The notes below the pieces were generated by a model, which worked only from the letters and a program-made list of their open reading frames with translations, ran no database searches and had not been told where the DNA came from. A stretch of DNA of 64,000 nucleotides from a virus: UHGV virus genome UHGV-1550212; one strand, written 5' to 3'. Every line of letters starts with the position of its first letter. Within the stretch, counting starts at the first letter, position 1. This document shows, piece by piece, positions 9,960 through 20,123 of this stretch. The position numbers and the translations under genes are program-made.

Positions 9960-11457
9960 TGCGAGGATTTATGATTGCAAGTTCAATATCATAGTCGCCG
10001 ATATGACGAAAATGATGTCTAAAAAGATATTTGTCAGATGTAGCTTCAATGACACCACCAGATATTGCATTACGATATGCGCATGTCCATTTGATGTCAT
10101 GCGGAGCATAAGCATATGACAGCTCATCTGGGAAGCAGCACACTTGACTCCCAACTGTCACAGTTGCGCCATTGTCAATCTTGCAGAACCTTGTGTCATT
10201 TGGTCTACGTTGCACTGCATAGTGATGCTGACATTCAAACATGTCTGATTTGATTAACAGAGTTTGCCAAGGCGATTCAATGAGATATCGAGGCTTTTGA
10301 GACTCTTCACTTACAAGTTTACAATGCAGTCCAAGATTTTCAAGCTCTTCAACAAGTTGAGTATTTGCAATGTGTTGGGTGTAGTGTTTGTCATTTGTGT
10401 GTATTTCCACATCATGCTCAGTAGTGTCAACGACATCTGCAATAATTGTCGCAGGCCAGTTGCCAGTCAGCTCAAAATCATCAAATGCAAAATGCAAGTC
10501 GGTGTTAACATGCAATTGTGCTCTGCTCATAGGCTCTTTGCTGTACGCATACAATGCCCATTGCATTGAATTGTCAAGCATCTGAATTTCTTGCACAGAC
10601 CATGTAAACTTTGCAAATTGTGAATCTGCATGCAATTCACAGTAGTCATTGATTTGCTTAAGCAAGTCTTTAACATCTGCGTATGCAATGTTGACTTCAT
10701 CTGCATCAACTTGAATGCCATTGACATCGACAAACTCAGACATCGACATTGCAAATGTGTCAGCATCTTCAATATCAATTTGCATGTTCAGATATGTTGA
10801 GCCGTACTGCAACAATCGCATGCAATCAGAATCAACAAGTTTGATGTCATTCAAATGGTCAAGCCATAGAACATTTGATTGCGCCTTGTCAAGATTGTAG
10901 AGCCATTTTATGATTGAGTCGTCTTTTTTGACATTTTCTGGGTCAAACACATTTGGGTCTGGGTAGCTCATGAAATCTGGCACACCCAATGCTTTTCGTG
11001 TGCTATAGTACAATGTAGCATTGTTCATGCCTGCAATGTCAATTGACTCATCAGGCTCTTGAAGCTTTGCAGCAATTTGAGACAACGAATTGCCTGCATA
11101 TATCTGCTCAAGTGAATGTCGTTTGTTGTCTGCAATAGCAATGACAAAGTTTGCTTGCAATTCTACGATGTTCAGTGTGCGTTTGAATGCTTGTACTTGA
11201 CCATAACAATCTTTGATAGTCAACACAAGTTCATACACACCTGCAGTTGTTATGCCAAGCTTAAGATGCTGTTGAACATCAAGATACGTTCTGTCAAACA
11301 CAAGCTTGCCAGAATCATCATAGATTTCATACGTAGCTTCTCTACAATTTTGTATGAGCGCAGATAAGTCTGCGTCTTTTGATGACCATGCTGCAATTGA
11401 AATGTCTATAATTGCTACATTGTCTCTGTAAAAAAGCCCTATAGGTTGTGGATTCAT
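9907..11457 (-). CDS. hypothetical structural protein
   Basis: 516-aa ORF, ATG confirmed; 53-nt overlap with the downstream gene. Confidence 0.5.
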   Translation of the reverse strand: MNPQPIGLFYRDNVAIIDISIAAWSSKDADLSALIQNCREATYEIYDDSGKLVFDRTYLDVQQHLKLGITTAGVYELVLTIKDCYGQVQAFKRTLNIVELQANFVIAIADNKRHSLEQIYAGNSLSQIAAKLQEPDESIDIAGMNNATLYYSTRKALGVPDFMSYPDPNVFDPENVKKDDSIIKWLYNLDKAQSNVLWLDHLNDIKLVDSDCMRLLQYGSTYLNMQIDIEDADTFAMSMSEFVDVNGIQVDADEVNIAYADVKDLLKQINDYCELHADSQFAKFTWSVQEIQMLDNSMQWALYAYSKEPMSRAQLHVNTDLHFAFDDFELTGNWPATIIADVVDTTEHDVEIHTNDKHYTQHIANTQLVEELENLGLHCKLVSEESQKPRYLIESPWQTLLIKSDMFECQHHYAVQRRPNDTRFCKIDNGATVTVGSQVCCFPDELSYAYAPHDIKWTCAYRNAISGGVIEATSDKYLFRHHFRHIGDYDIELAIINPRNGKVIKRINKAVSVTKG

Positions 11458-11468
11458 TGTATTGCAGT

Positions 11469-11918
11469 CTATTGATGATTGTTGTTATCGCACTTATTGA
11501 GCAACTGGTCATAATACGTTTGCTCTGTCTTACGTTGCTGCTCTATCAAAATAATAATTTGTTCCATTTGAATTTCAAATGCAGCGTTTTTGCGAACAAG
11601 TGCTTTATGTTGCTCAGTAGTTAATGCTGCGTCAAGAATATCCAACATATCTGCATGATATGCAGCAATAATTTTGTTGTATTGCTGCATAGCAGTTTGC
11701 AAAGACTCAAATGACTGGTCAGATAGTGTTGACAAAATTTGAACATGCATTTTGTCTGTCAAGCCAATTTTTGCTTGCAGCAAATCACGTTCTGCCGAAT
11801 GCTTTCTGTCAATGTTGATGATAAACATCATCAAAATCATCAATACAAAAGCTATAACAGTCTTGTAGTTCTTGTCATCAATGAATCGCAGCAAAAATAT
11901 GTCTAAAAACTTTTCCAT
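11469..11918 (-). CDS. hypothetical membrane-anchored coiled-coil protein
   Basis: 149 aa, ATG confirmed; hydrophobic segment VIAFVLMILMMFIINI near the N-terminus followed by a predicted helical/coiled region. Confidence 0.45.
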   Translation of the reverse strand: MEKFLDIFLLRFIDDKNYKTVIAFVLMILMMFIINIDRKHSAERDLLQAKIGLTDKMHVQILSTLSDQSFESLQTAMQQYNKIIAAYHADMLDILDAALTTEQHKALVRKNAAFEIQMEQIIILIEQQRKTEQTYYDQLLNKCDNNNHQ

Positions 11919-11935
11919 TGCTTATTCTGCATTGT

Positions 11936-13261
11936 TCATTCTGCGATTTCCCAGATTCGTGTTCGTTTATTTGCTATGCTTCGTACTACAGCACTGTCAC
12001 CTATGCGAACATCCCATGCTCGATTTGATGTCAATGTGATGTTCTTTGTGCCACCAGGCTGCTCAAATGATAAGTTTGCTTTGTCAAGTTCAAGCAATGG
12101 GGCCAAGTCCATGCTTTGGTCAATAAGCCAGTCAAAGTACTCAGCGTCAATTTGCGATGTATCAATGTCTGCTTCTGTGACTACAAAAATGTCATTAAGC
12201 TTGTTTGGTCTAACAGTGTCACCAATTGGCTCAAATGCAGTGCTTGGCAGAAGCATTGTATGTGGACGAATGTAAATGATGTCTTCATCTACAAATGCAT
12301 TCATATCTTTAACTATAATTTGCGCTGCTGGCGTGTATGGTTTTGATGTTACAATTTCTGCATTGTCTGAGCCATACAAATATCGAGCCATGTATGATGC
12401 AAAAACATCAATGCTGACATCTGCAAAATGAATGTGCTCTGGCAAAAAGACGTCTTCAAGAATCATGACAAGATACTGCAGCTTCAGCAACAAATCTTGA
12501 TTGTCTGCCATGTTCTTGACAAATTCAGGCATGCCACAATTCAGATATTTGCCAGACGCTTCATTGTATTCATAGGTCAATTGCAGCAAATTTGTGCGTT
12601 TGTACATGCCTGCGTATGGCGAAATGTCATCTTGCAATGGCAGCAATGTTCTGTTGTTGCCATCAAGTGATTTGAGCACTTCATAGATGCGAACAGCTTC
12701 ACTGTAGCCAAGCCAGTCTAATGCAGCATGCAACCCATTGTATGTGCCAAGCTTGCTGTCAATATCATCTCGTCGTATAAGCCACTCTCTTGCTTTGCTA
12801 TTCTGCAATATGAAGTCAACGACATCTTGTCGAATGTCATTCAGCATCAATGCTTTGTTGTAGTACTCAAGATAGTCATGACCCATATTAGACATCATGA
12901 CAAGCAAACGTTCATCAGCATCAACTACTGTAGCAGTCACATTGATATGCAATGCAATGTCATCAACGACAACTTCAATTGCACAAACGTTGTTGCCAAC
13001 ATCGACAGCATTGAATATGATGTTTGCAGTCATGTCGTCATTGACAAGATGCCGAGTAGTCTTATCTACAAGCAGCAATTCATTATTCTCATTAACTGCA
13101 AAGAAACTCAATGCAGACGATAGCAATCTAACTGTGCATTCAACATTGTCTGAAAACAATGATGCAATGTTATATGTGCCCTTTGACACATTGCCAAGCT
13201 CTATGTTAGCGCCGTCATAGATGCGCTTGCCGAATCTGTCAAAAATGTTTATTGCAGCCAT
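11936..13261 (-). CDS. hypothetical structural protein
   Basis: Track ORF 11936..13285 begins with TTG; first ATG is codon 9 (cat at 13259-13261), used here. Confidence 0.5.
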   Translation of the reverse strand: MAAINIFDRFGKRIYDGANIELGNVSKGTYNIASLFSDNVECTVRLLSSALSFFAVNENNELLLVDKTTRHLVNDDMTANIIFNAVDVGNNVCAIEVVVDDIALHINVTATVVDADERLLVMMSNMGHDYLEYYNKALMLNDIRQDVVDFILQNSKAREWLIRRDDIDSKLGTYNGLHAALDWLGYSEAVRIYEVLKSLDGNNRTLLPLQDDISPYAGMYKRTNLLQLTYEYNEASGKYLNCGMPEFVKNMADNQDLLLKLQYLVMILEDVFLPEHIHFADVSIDVFASYMARYLYGSDNAEIVTSKPYTPAAQIIVKDMNAFVDEDIIYIRPHTMLLPSTAFEPIGDTVRPNKLNDIFVVTEADIDTSQIDAEYFDWLIDQSMDLAPLLELDKANLSFEQPGGTKNITLTSNRAWDVRIGDSAVVRSIANKRTRIWEIAE

Positions 13262-13524
13262 GTTACAGTTTCTTATCAATGTCAAAGTTTCTTGTCAATA
13301 TCAAAATATGACGTAAAGCGATTCACAAATTCAACAAACAAAATCGATAGTGCGTCACACATGCCAATGAGAGTTGACACGCCAAAATACGCTGCAACTC
13401 TTGTGCTCTTATTGAACACTACTCTACTATACACACCACTCTGCCATGATGGCTTTGCAGTGACAAGCATTGATTGCTTGATTTTGTCTCTTGTAGTGAA
13501 ATTCGATTGCATATTTGTGAATCA

Positions 13525-15135
13525 TCAACATTCTACATACGAGCCATCAGTGTTTTCAACAAGCACTTTGATACTCAAGCTTACATCTGTGCCTTGTTGA
13601 CTTCTTATCAATGGCACAATGTCTTTTGCTTGCGGTGCAATATTGCCCATATTGTCAATGTGCTTGTCATTGCCAATGAACTGCACATCTACTGATTTGA
13701 TGACATCAAGCTCTTCAAGTTTTGCAATTGCAGCAGAACGACTAACGAATGTCGATGCATTTGACCAGGAGTCTTCTACAAACGCTTTTGCGGCATCAAG
13801 CAGTTGTTGTTTGACGTCTTCTATGTTTTGCAGTACTGCAGTCTTTTTGACAAGAATGAGCATTTGATAAAATTCAAGTTGCACAGTGTCAAATTGCACA
13901 TCAGTTAGCAGCACATAGTCACCAGTGTTTTCGATAGCATTGTTCAGATATTGTCTATCTGTAGAGTCAATCGTAAATTCTGCTATTGGCAATGACCAGT
14001 AGTCATACACTATTGAGCTCGCTTTGACATACTTGTCTGCAATGTTGGGCACCAGTACAACATGAATTGTCTGAGTCTCTGTATTTGACCAGACATCAAG
14101 TATCTTGTACTGACCAAAACGTGACATAAACGCCCTGATTGAATCTGCTGAGTGCAATACAAGCGCCCTGTTAATTGAACCTGCATGTGAACGTATTGAT
14201 TCGATGTCTTCACCATTGTAGCCGCCGACAATATCTGTCAGCTGTTCAATGACTAATACACCCTTTGGGCTTACAGCAGTAGTGTTTGCATCATACATGC
14301 CATTGACCCATTCAAATGTTGCGTCATTGTCAATCAAAATGTTTCCTGCATAGCCCTCACATGCAGTGTATTCTACATTGACAACTGCATTTTGTGCAGG
14401 AATTTGACCAGCAGTGCCATTGCCAAACACAATCTGTAGTTTGCCATCATATGACCAGCGTTCAATATACCCCTTGCTGTATCTGTCCATTTCATCAAAC
14501 CCTGCATAGCGAGTCCACAGCTCATTGCCAACTGTGACAGTCAATGAATCTTCAGATACAATCAAGTTGCGTTCTTCGATAGTGAATGTTGTCATTGACT
14601 CGCCATCAGAAATGTATTGCTGAGACTTGCGTTCACCTTGTCTGACTGCGAATTCATATCGTACACCCGTCAACTCATTGTTGATGTTGAGTTGCGCAAA
14701 GTCTTGATGCATATCGATGTAGTACATCAATGAGTTCTCTTTGCATTTAATTGCTGCATATCGTTTAATGAACACAGTTGGACCAAGCTCTTTGACTGCA
14801 TCATATGAAAAACTCAATGCAATTTTGCCTGATGCTGCAATGCCACCAACACATTTGTAACATGCAAGCTGTGCAAGTCCTCGTACAGATGCGGTCTGTT
14901 CTGCAGTAAGCAAGTTGTTTTCTTTTGTGCCTACTACAATTTGCGTAAAGATGAGTGACGCAAGTTCTCTGAAACTCTGAACAAGAATTCCAAAAATTGT
15001 GTACTTACCATATTGTTTCTTTGTAGAGTTCAGCAAATTCTGCAGCCAAGTATCTATAGACTGTGACACACCTGAATATGACATTTGCATTTTCTGCATC
15101 CACGTCATATTGTCACGAGTGTTATTTGTGCGCAT
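13525..15135 (-). CDS. hypothetical structural protein
   Basis: Track ORF 13525..15237; its first ~34 codons translate the 30-bp tandem repeats, so the start is placed at ATG 15135 (MRTNNTRDNMTWMQ); ATGs at 15108 and 15099 are also possible. Confidence 0.5.
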   Translation of the reverse strand: MRTNNTRDNMTWMQKMQMSYSGVSQSIDTWLQNLLNSTKKQYGKYTIFGILVQSFRELASLIFTQIVVGTKENNLLTAEQTASVRGLAQLACYKCVGGIAASGKIALSFSYDAVKELGPTVFIKRYAAIKCKENSLMYYIDMHQDFAQLNINNELTGVRYEFAVRQGERKSQQYISDGESMTTFTIEERNLIVSEDSLTVTVGNELWTRYAGFDEMDRYSKGYIERWSYDGKLQIVFGNGTAGQIPAQNAVVNVEYTACEGYAGNILIDNDATFEWVNGMYDANTTAVSPKGVLVIEQLTDIVGGYNGEDIESIRSHAGSINRALVLHSADSIRAFMSRFGQYKILDVWSNTETQTIHVVLVPNIADKYVKASSIVYDYWSLPIAEFTIDSTDRQYLNNAIENTGDYVLLTDVQFDTVQLEFYQMLILVKKTAVLQNIEDVKQQLLDAAKAFVEDSWSNASTFVSRSAAIAKLEELDVIKSVDVQFIGNDKHIDNMGNIAPQAKDIVPLIRSQQGTDVSLSIKVLVENTDGSYVEC

Positions 15136-15160
15136 ATCAGTTAATTTGTTTGTATATGTA

Positions 15161-15232
15161 TTCGAATGTGCACACATGAGAATAGGTCTCTTCGAATGTG
15201 CACATATGAGAATAAGTCTCTTCGAATATGTA
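15161..15232 (-). repeat. tandem ~30-bp direct repeats (2.4 copies) with TGTGCACA palindromic core
   Basis: TTCGAATGTGCACACATGAGAATAGGTCTC (15161-15190), TTCGAATGTGCACATATGAGAATAAGTCTC (15191-15220), then a partial copy TTCGAATATGTACACA; sits between a terminator and the gene start. Confidence 0.6.
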
Positions 15233-15266
15233 CACAAAAAGAAGAGCTTGCATATGCAAGCTCTTC
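15233..15266 (-). terminator. rho-independent terminator
   Basis: Perfect palindrome GAAGAGCTTGCATATGCAAGCTCTTC (15241-15266) followed on the minus strand by TTTTTG; 43 nt downstream of the stop of 15309..15692. Confidence 0.55.
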
Positions 15267-15308
15267 CATCACCAAAACCTATCTAATTATGGAAACACCT
15301 CTGAAAGG

Positions 15309-15692
15309 TCAAATGATGAATCGTTTTGTGATTGGTCTAAAGTCTTCTGGTAAATCATAGCGTTTTGTAATTGTCACATCGCAAACAAGCAAATCATTCA
15401 TTTGCGTAGCAGACTTTGTAATGAAGCAATTGACTGTCCATTCAAACAAATGCTGCGTAACACTATAATTTTTGAGTGCTGTGATGATATGCGATTGAAT
15501 TGTTGCTGTTGAAATGCTTCTGTGATAAAGCGCAGCATCAATCTTCTCAACATCAAACATAATGTCAATTTCATTCAAAAAGACACGCAATGAATCTGTT
15601 GTTTGCAATTCGTCGTCTTCTTGAGTTTCTACAAAGTCAATGCCTTGCAGCTCTTGCGACATTTGTGATGTATCGAAACGATTATCTGACAT
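15309..15692 (-). CDS. hypothetical protein
   Basis: 127-aa ORF, ATG confirmed. Confidence 0.45.
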   Translation of the reverse strand: MSDNRFDTSQMSQELQGIDFVETQEDDELQTTDSLRVFLNEIDIMFDVEKIDAALYHRSISTATIQSHIITALKNYSVTQHLFEWTVNCFITKSATQMNDLLVCDVTITKRYDLPEDFRPITKRFII

Positions 15693-15698
15693 GATATG

Positions 15699-17009
15699 CT
15701 ATGCTGTTTGTTGAACATTGACAGTCACAAGTACCTGTTTGCCAGGCTCCTGTGATTTCATTTGACGCGAGACTTCAATGAAAGCATCAAGCAATTGAGC
15801 AGGTGAAACTGTCATGCCTTGCTCCATAAGCTGCTTACGTAATGCTGCGATTTGCTGACTTGCATTTTGGTCATTGCCAATTGACAGCAGCAATGCATCA
15901 AGTCTGCGCTCAAGCTCTGCAACTTTAAGCTGAATTGACTGCAATTGTGATGCTGAATCTGCAAGTTGACTGATGGCTTGCATGTACAAATCAAGCGATA
16001 CGCCATCAATATTCGATACTTCAATGGGCGCAAGCCCAACATTACATGAGCTTACTCGAGTGCAAATGCGAAATGCGATTGCATTTGCAGAGCCGTCATC
16101 AGACATTGCTTTCTTAACAAAGCGTTGCATGCTGTAGCCTCTGCCACCTGATTCTTCATATCGATTGACAAAGAACAATGAGTGCAAGCATCGTGTTTTG
16201 ATAGATGGATTTGACTGCAGCCAAACATCACAATACAATGCAATGCAATTGAATTCAATGTCTTCATTGAATGCTTCATAATCTGAGAACTGCAGCTTCA
16301 ATCTGTCAACTGCACGACTCAGACTGTATCGACTTGCAGGTTCTACAATATCTGCATTGTCATAGATAGCTTTTGTGAATGTTGTGTCGCCATCTTCAAG
16401 ACCCTGAGCATTTTCTTGAAATGCTTCTGGCACATAGCCAACTTCAATGCCTGGATATGTTGCAGCAGACCACTTTGCATTGCATCGCTTTGCATTTGCA
16501 GGTATGTACAGATACTGTTCTGTGTACGACATGCCATTAAGCTCAACTACACCAAAATCTATCGCATTGCCAATGTATGTAACAAGCGGCTGCCAATCTG
16601 AACGTTGCACGAATGCTGCGCCATCTGCAGTAGACTCAAGTTCAAGAGCAGAAGCTTTTTGAAGCATCTTCCACAACGCAGATTCTGCAAATGTTTCATT
16701 AGCAGACTCAAGCAATGAAGTTGCAAGCAATGAGCAGTTGTCAAGGTAATTTTGACACAATGCAGGCACAAGAGCATTTGCGTCTTCAACCATCGTAGTG
16801 TCATTGAACTCTGATGGATGCACAAAGAACTTTTGCCCATTATGCTCAGCGTCGTTGTACCAGTCTGGAATGTTCAAACAAGCAAACACAGACGGCGATA
16901 CGACAATGTCATGATTCAATGTTGCATTTGTCAACAATGTATTTGTGTCAGTGAACACAAGTACAGTGCCTTGTGTTAACTTTAATGGGTCGAAAACGGA
17001 AACTCTCAT
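15699..17009 (-). CDS. hypothetical structural protein with C-terminal coiled coil
   Basis: 436-aa ORF, ATG confirmed; C-terminal heptad-like region LQSIQLKVAELERRLDALLLSIG. Confidence 0.5.
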   Translation of the reverse strand: MRVSVFDPLKLTQGTVLVFTDTNTLLTNATLNHDIVVSPSVFACLNIPDWYNDAEHNGQKFFVHPSEFNDTTMVEDANALVPALCQNYLDNCSLLATSLLESANETFAESALWKMLQKASALELESTADGAAFVQRSDWQPLVTYIGNAIDFGVVELNGMSYTEQYLYIPANAKRCNAKWSAATYPGIEVGYVPEAFQENAQGLEDGDTTFTKAIYDNADIVEPASRYSLSRAVDRLKLQFSDYEAFNEDIEFNCIALYCDVWLQSNPSIKTRCLHSLFFVNRYEESGGRGYSMQRFVKKAMSDDGSANAIAFRICTRVSSCNVGLAPIEVSNIDGVSLDLYMQAISQLADSASQLQSIQLKVAELERRLDALLLSIGNDQNASQQIAALRKQLMEQGMTVSPAQLLDAFIEVSRQMKSQEPGKQVLVTVNVQQTA

Positions 17010-17011
17010 TG

Positions 17012-17446
17012 TTATGAAATTGTCAATCGATGTTCTGCATCAGTTTGCTCACTACTGAATGTCACTGTTACTGAGTGCTCAGTGTCATTGAAACTTGCAA
17101 TGCACTCATGCTCAATGCCGGCGATTCGCAAATGCACATCAGCAAAAGTCTTGTCAATTGTCGATTTGATGACATACACATATTGCGGTGACTGTGATTC
17201 AAGTCGAGTAACAGTCACATACTGATTGTCTACTTGCTCTTCACTATTTACAAGCTCAGTCAATGTTGGCTTTACTACACTGACATGTGCAAACTGCAAT
17301 GCTTTAAGTACTGCTTTGCTTCTTGAATCTACTTGTTGCTGATTTGACACCAGCAGTTTGATTGCAGAGTATGGCGTCTCTACATTAGCATCAATAGTAT
17401 TGAGTGCAATAGGCTTTACAGTAGCCAAAAATTCTGCAAGTGTCAT
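17012..17446 (-). CDS. hypothetical protein
   Basis: 144-aa ORF, ATG confirmed; tightly packed (2-nt gaps) with neighbours. Confidence 0.45.
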   Translation of the reverse strand: MTLAEFLATVKPIALNTIDANVETPYSAIKLLVSNQQQVDSRSKAVLKALQFAHVSVVKPTLTELVNSEEQVDNQYVTVTRLESQSPQYVYVIKSTIDKTFADVHLRIAGIEHECIASFNDTEHSVTVTFSSEQTDAEHRLTIS

Positions 17447-17447
17447 A

Positions 17448-17948
17448 TTATGAAAGCTGAGCTGTAGTGTACCAAGTTAAGTCAGATTCATTGTACGTCA
17501 ATGCAATTGTAAGAGCTTGACCAAGTTGCTGTGACAATTGCTTACATGAATCAATGAATGCTTGCATATCTGCATATGACTTTGTGTAGAACATGCACCA
17601 TTCTGTTGTATTGACTGCGACATTATGAACATCTGCAAGATGACAGACTTCTACAGATGATACATTAAAGTCTGAGCCATCTTCATCAACATGATGCACA
17701 TTGTTTGCGCACCAATACTGATACAAACGAGCTTTGTCTGATGCAGTCATGTCAAACTGCATGCATTGAGCAATTGATTCATCGACATTATCAATGAATT
17801 GCTTTGCTGATTTTGACTCAAGCATCGCATGATGCAGTGTATAATTTGCATGCCAGTCTGGAGTGCCGATTGCTACGCTAAGCTGATTTTCAAACACAAA
17901 CTGCTGTGCTTGAGCTTCTTCGTAGCATTGTGTCCATGTCTTTGTCAT
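17448..17948 (-). CDS. hypothetical protein
   Basis: Track ORF 17448..17978 begins with TTG; first ATG at 17946-17948 (MTKTWTQCYEE) used. Confidence 0.45.
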   Translation of the reverse strand: MTKTWTQCYEEAQAQQFVFENQLSVAIGTPDWHANYTLHHAMLESKSAKQFIDNVDESIAQCMQFDMTASDKARLYQYWCANNVHHVDEDGSDFNVSSVEVCHLADVHNVAVNTTEWCMFYTKSYADMQAFIDSCKQLSQQLGQALTIALTYNESDLTWYTTAQLS

Positions 17949-18006
17949 GTTGTTTATCTTAAGTTTGTATATGTACAAATACTGTTGATGTTGTATTGAA
18001 GCATCG

Positions 18007-18046
18007 CAAAATAAGGCCAGACTACTCGGTTGAGCTTGTCTGGCCT
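18007..18046 (-). terminator. rho-independent terminator
   Basis: Stem AGGCCAGAC / GTCTGGCCT (18014-18046) followed on the minus strand by TTATTTTG; 20 nt downstream of the sigma-factor stop. Confidence 0.5.
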
Positions 18047-18065
18047 TTCAAATGCATTTTGCTTA

Positions 18066-18962
18066 TTACAATGTTCCGCAAAGCAATTCACGTAAATCCA
18101 TGCCAGCTTGTGTACTATACTGAGCAATAAGATTACGTTCTGAATCAGACATGCTCCAATAAATCTTATGCTGAGCTCTACGAATAATAGTATGAATGCC
18201 AGATGTGCTACAATTGAACTTCTTTGCAAGTTCTGCATGAGTTAACAAATCCGCATCGCCAAGGCCATACACATGTGTGAGTACAAGCTTTTCATTTTGA
18301 GTGAGTTGTTCAAATGCTCTTTGCAGAATCTTTGTGTTGCGTTTGTGAGCATCCTCGATTTCAAGAACTTCTTGGCCTGTTTTGAAGTCTGACCTCAAAT
18401 CATTCTGAACTGGTGACCATGCATCACCATCTTTATCAAGTGTAGTGTCATCCTTACTGGTGAATTGTTTGCCTTCAAGAGCTCTTTCATATGCTCCACG
18501 AATACCAGTAGATAATTGTTGACTTGTCAGATTGAGTTCGTCAAGCACATATTTCTTAATCCAAGGATATGCATATGTGCTAAACTTTGCTTCACGAACT
18601 CCTGCAGGCAATACGCCTTCTACGTAATTCTTGGCTGCTATTGACAATCCAAGATTGCCTGCTTGAATGACGTCATCCAATGGAACCGAGCGTTTGCCAG
18701 ATGCGAACCATAAGCTTCGTGCAACTGATATGACCAATCTTAAACAAGATTTGATAAGAGCTTCACGATTTTCTTGAGTCTTCTTGAATCGAGTAACATC
18801 ACAATATCGCTTTGCAGTAGCCAGCGATTTGACTTCTTCAGGAGTAAGCTCATTCTCCATCCTCATTTGCTTGAGCTCCTCCTTTGTGTATAGACGTTCT
18901 CTTGTGATTCTACCTACGTCCTTTACGTAGCCTTGATTGATTTGTGAATTTGAACCTGCCAT
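18066..18962 (-). CDS. sigma-70-family RNA polymerase sigma factor
   Basis: 298 aa, ATG confirmed. DDVIQAGNLGLSIAAKNYV...KFSTYAYPWIKKYVLDEL matches sigma-70 region 2 (DLIQEGNIGLMKAV...RFSTYATWWIRQAI); C-terminal HAELAKKFNCSTSGIHTIIRRAQHKI is a region-4-like helix-turn-helix. Confidence 0.6.
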   Translation of the reverse strand: MAGSNSQINQGYVKDVGRITRERLYTKEELKQMRMENELTPEEVKSLATAKRYCDVTRFKKTQENREALIKSCLRLVISVARSLWFASGKRSVPLDDVIQAGNLGLSIAAKNYVEGVLPAGVREAKFSTYAYPWIKKYVLDELNLTSQQLSTGIRGAYERALEGKQFTSKDDTTLDKDGDAWSPVQNDLRSDFKTGQEVLEIEDAHKRNTKILQRAFEQLTQNEKLVLTHVYGLGDADLLTHAELAKKFNCSTSGIHTIIRRAQHKIYWSMSDSERNLIAQYSTQAGMDLRELLCGTL

Positions 18963-19064
18963 GGTTGTGTAACTTATTTAGTTTTAATTTGTTATATAAA
19001 TTTAATCATTTTTTGTCACATGTGAAACGTTTTGCACATTATTTTCACATAAAGTGTAAAAAAG
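18963..19064 (-). promoter_or_regulatory. AT-rich upstream region of sigma-factor gene with sigma-70-like hexamers
   Basis: On the minus strand GTGACA, 18-nt spacer, TATAAC lies about 30-60 nt upstream of the ATG; hexamer match only. Confidence 0.3.
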
Positions 19065-20123
19065 TTATGAACGTCTTGTTAACAATGCATGACCACAATC
19101 ATAAACTGCAACATAGCCAGTGTTAAGCATCTCTTGCTCATCTTGGCCGGCGTCTACAATATGTTCTTTGCTGTTAAGTTTGACCCAGTGCTTGCAGATT
19201 GTTGATTTATCATCTGACAATTTAGGGTTAATGCAGAAGTCTGTTGAGTTTATTGTGTTGTCGAGATGTTGTTTGATGACATCGACAACTTGCTCTGGTG
19301 TCATCCAATCAAACACTGTTATGCAAGTGTAGCCATATTTGAGAGCAAGTTGAGCTTTGTTGAAGTGATAGTCGAATGGAATTGGATGATTGTGTTTTGA
19401 TTTGCCAATTGCATATGCATAGCCATATGTAGAGTTGTGACTGATTGTTGGGCAAATTTCAATCAGCAAATGCTTATAATGCAGGTCATATGACTGGCGT
19501 TCAATATTGACGTCATCACAGTCAAATGCAAGCCCAAGTTCTTGTAACAGCAAAGTTTGCCATCGTTTGTTTGTAGCTGATATGACATTTTTGTGAGCAT
19601 TGCGACATTTTTGATGCATACAAAAGAATGGGACACCATATTTTTGCTGCATCAATTTAGTGTCAATGCCTGCTGCATTGCCATAACGTTCAAGCTTCGT
19701 TGCTCTAATTTTGTCAGCATCACCCCAAATGTTGCCATATCGTTTGCGCTTTGTGTCTTGAGACTTCTTAATGTTGCCACTGCGGTTGCCATAAATAAGT
19801 TCCTTTGATTGACACGCATGTTCAGCAGCATCTGGCCCATATATGTGACCGTATTTTTGAAGCTTAATTTCATTGATACGTTCTACTGGGCCATTTGGAT
19901 GACCATAGCGTTCTTGTTTGATGCGTTTTGTGTGCTCAATTGTTGACTTTAATGCAAGCTTTGACGTGACGCCAAATTTGCGCAAACAGCCTATTCTAAT
20001 ATTGAAACTACGTTTAATATGTGATGCTTCTATTTTTGTAACAGCCAATTGCAATGCATCATCACGTTCAGTTTCAAGCATGCAAATTTGTTCATCAATT
20101 GTCATAGCATCAAACCATTTCAT
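19065..20123 (-). CDS. homing-endonuclease-like protein, paralogue 1 (tandem R/K-YG repeats plus C-terminal putative nuclease domain)
   Basis: 352 aa, ATG confirmed. Five repeats of the type K.ERYGHPNGP / KLQKYGHIYGP / RKRYGNIWGD / LERYGNAAG / QQKYGVP, then a conserved C-terminal block (YDLHYKHLLIEICPTISHNS ... VYDCGH) shared with 35290..36585 and 48845..49876; free-standing between conserved genes. Confidence 0.4.
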   Translation of the reverse strand: MKWFDAMTIDEQICMLETERDDALQLAVTKIEASHIKRSFNIRIGCLRKFGVTSKLALKSTIEHTKRIKQERYGHPNGPVERINEIKLQKYGHIYGPDAAEHACQSKELIYGNRSGNIKKSQDTKRKRYGNIWGDADKIRATKLERYGNAAGIDTKLMQQKYGVPFFCMHQKCRNAHKNVISATNKRWQTLLLQELGLAFDCDDVNIERQSYDLHYKHLLIEICPTISHNSTYGYAYAIGKSKHNHPIPFDYHFNKAQLALKYGYTCITVFDWMTPEQVVDVIKQHLDNTINSTDFCINPKLSDDKSTICKHWVKLNSKEHIVDAGQDEQEMLNTGYVAVYDCGHALLTRRS

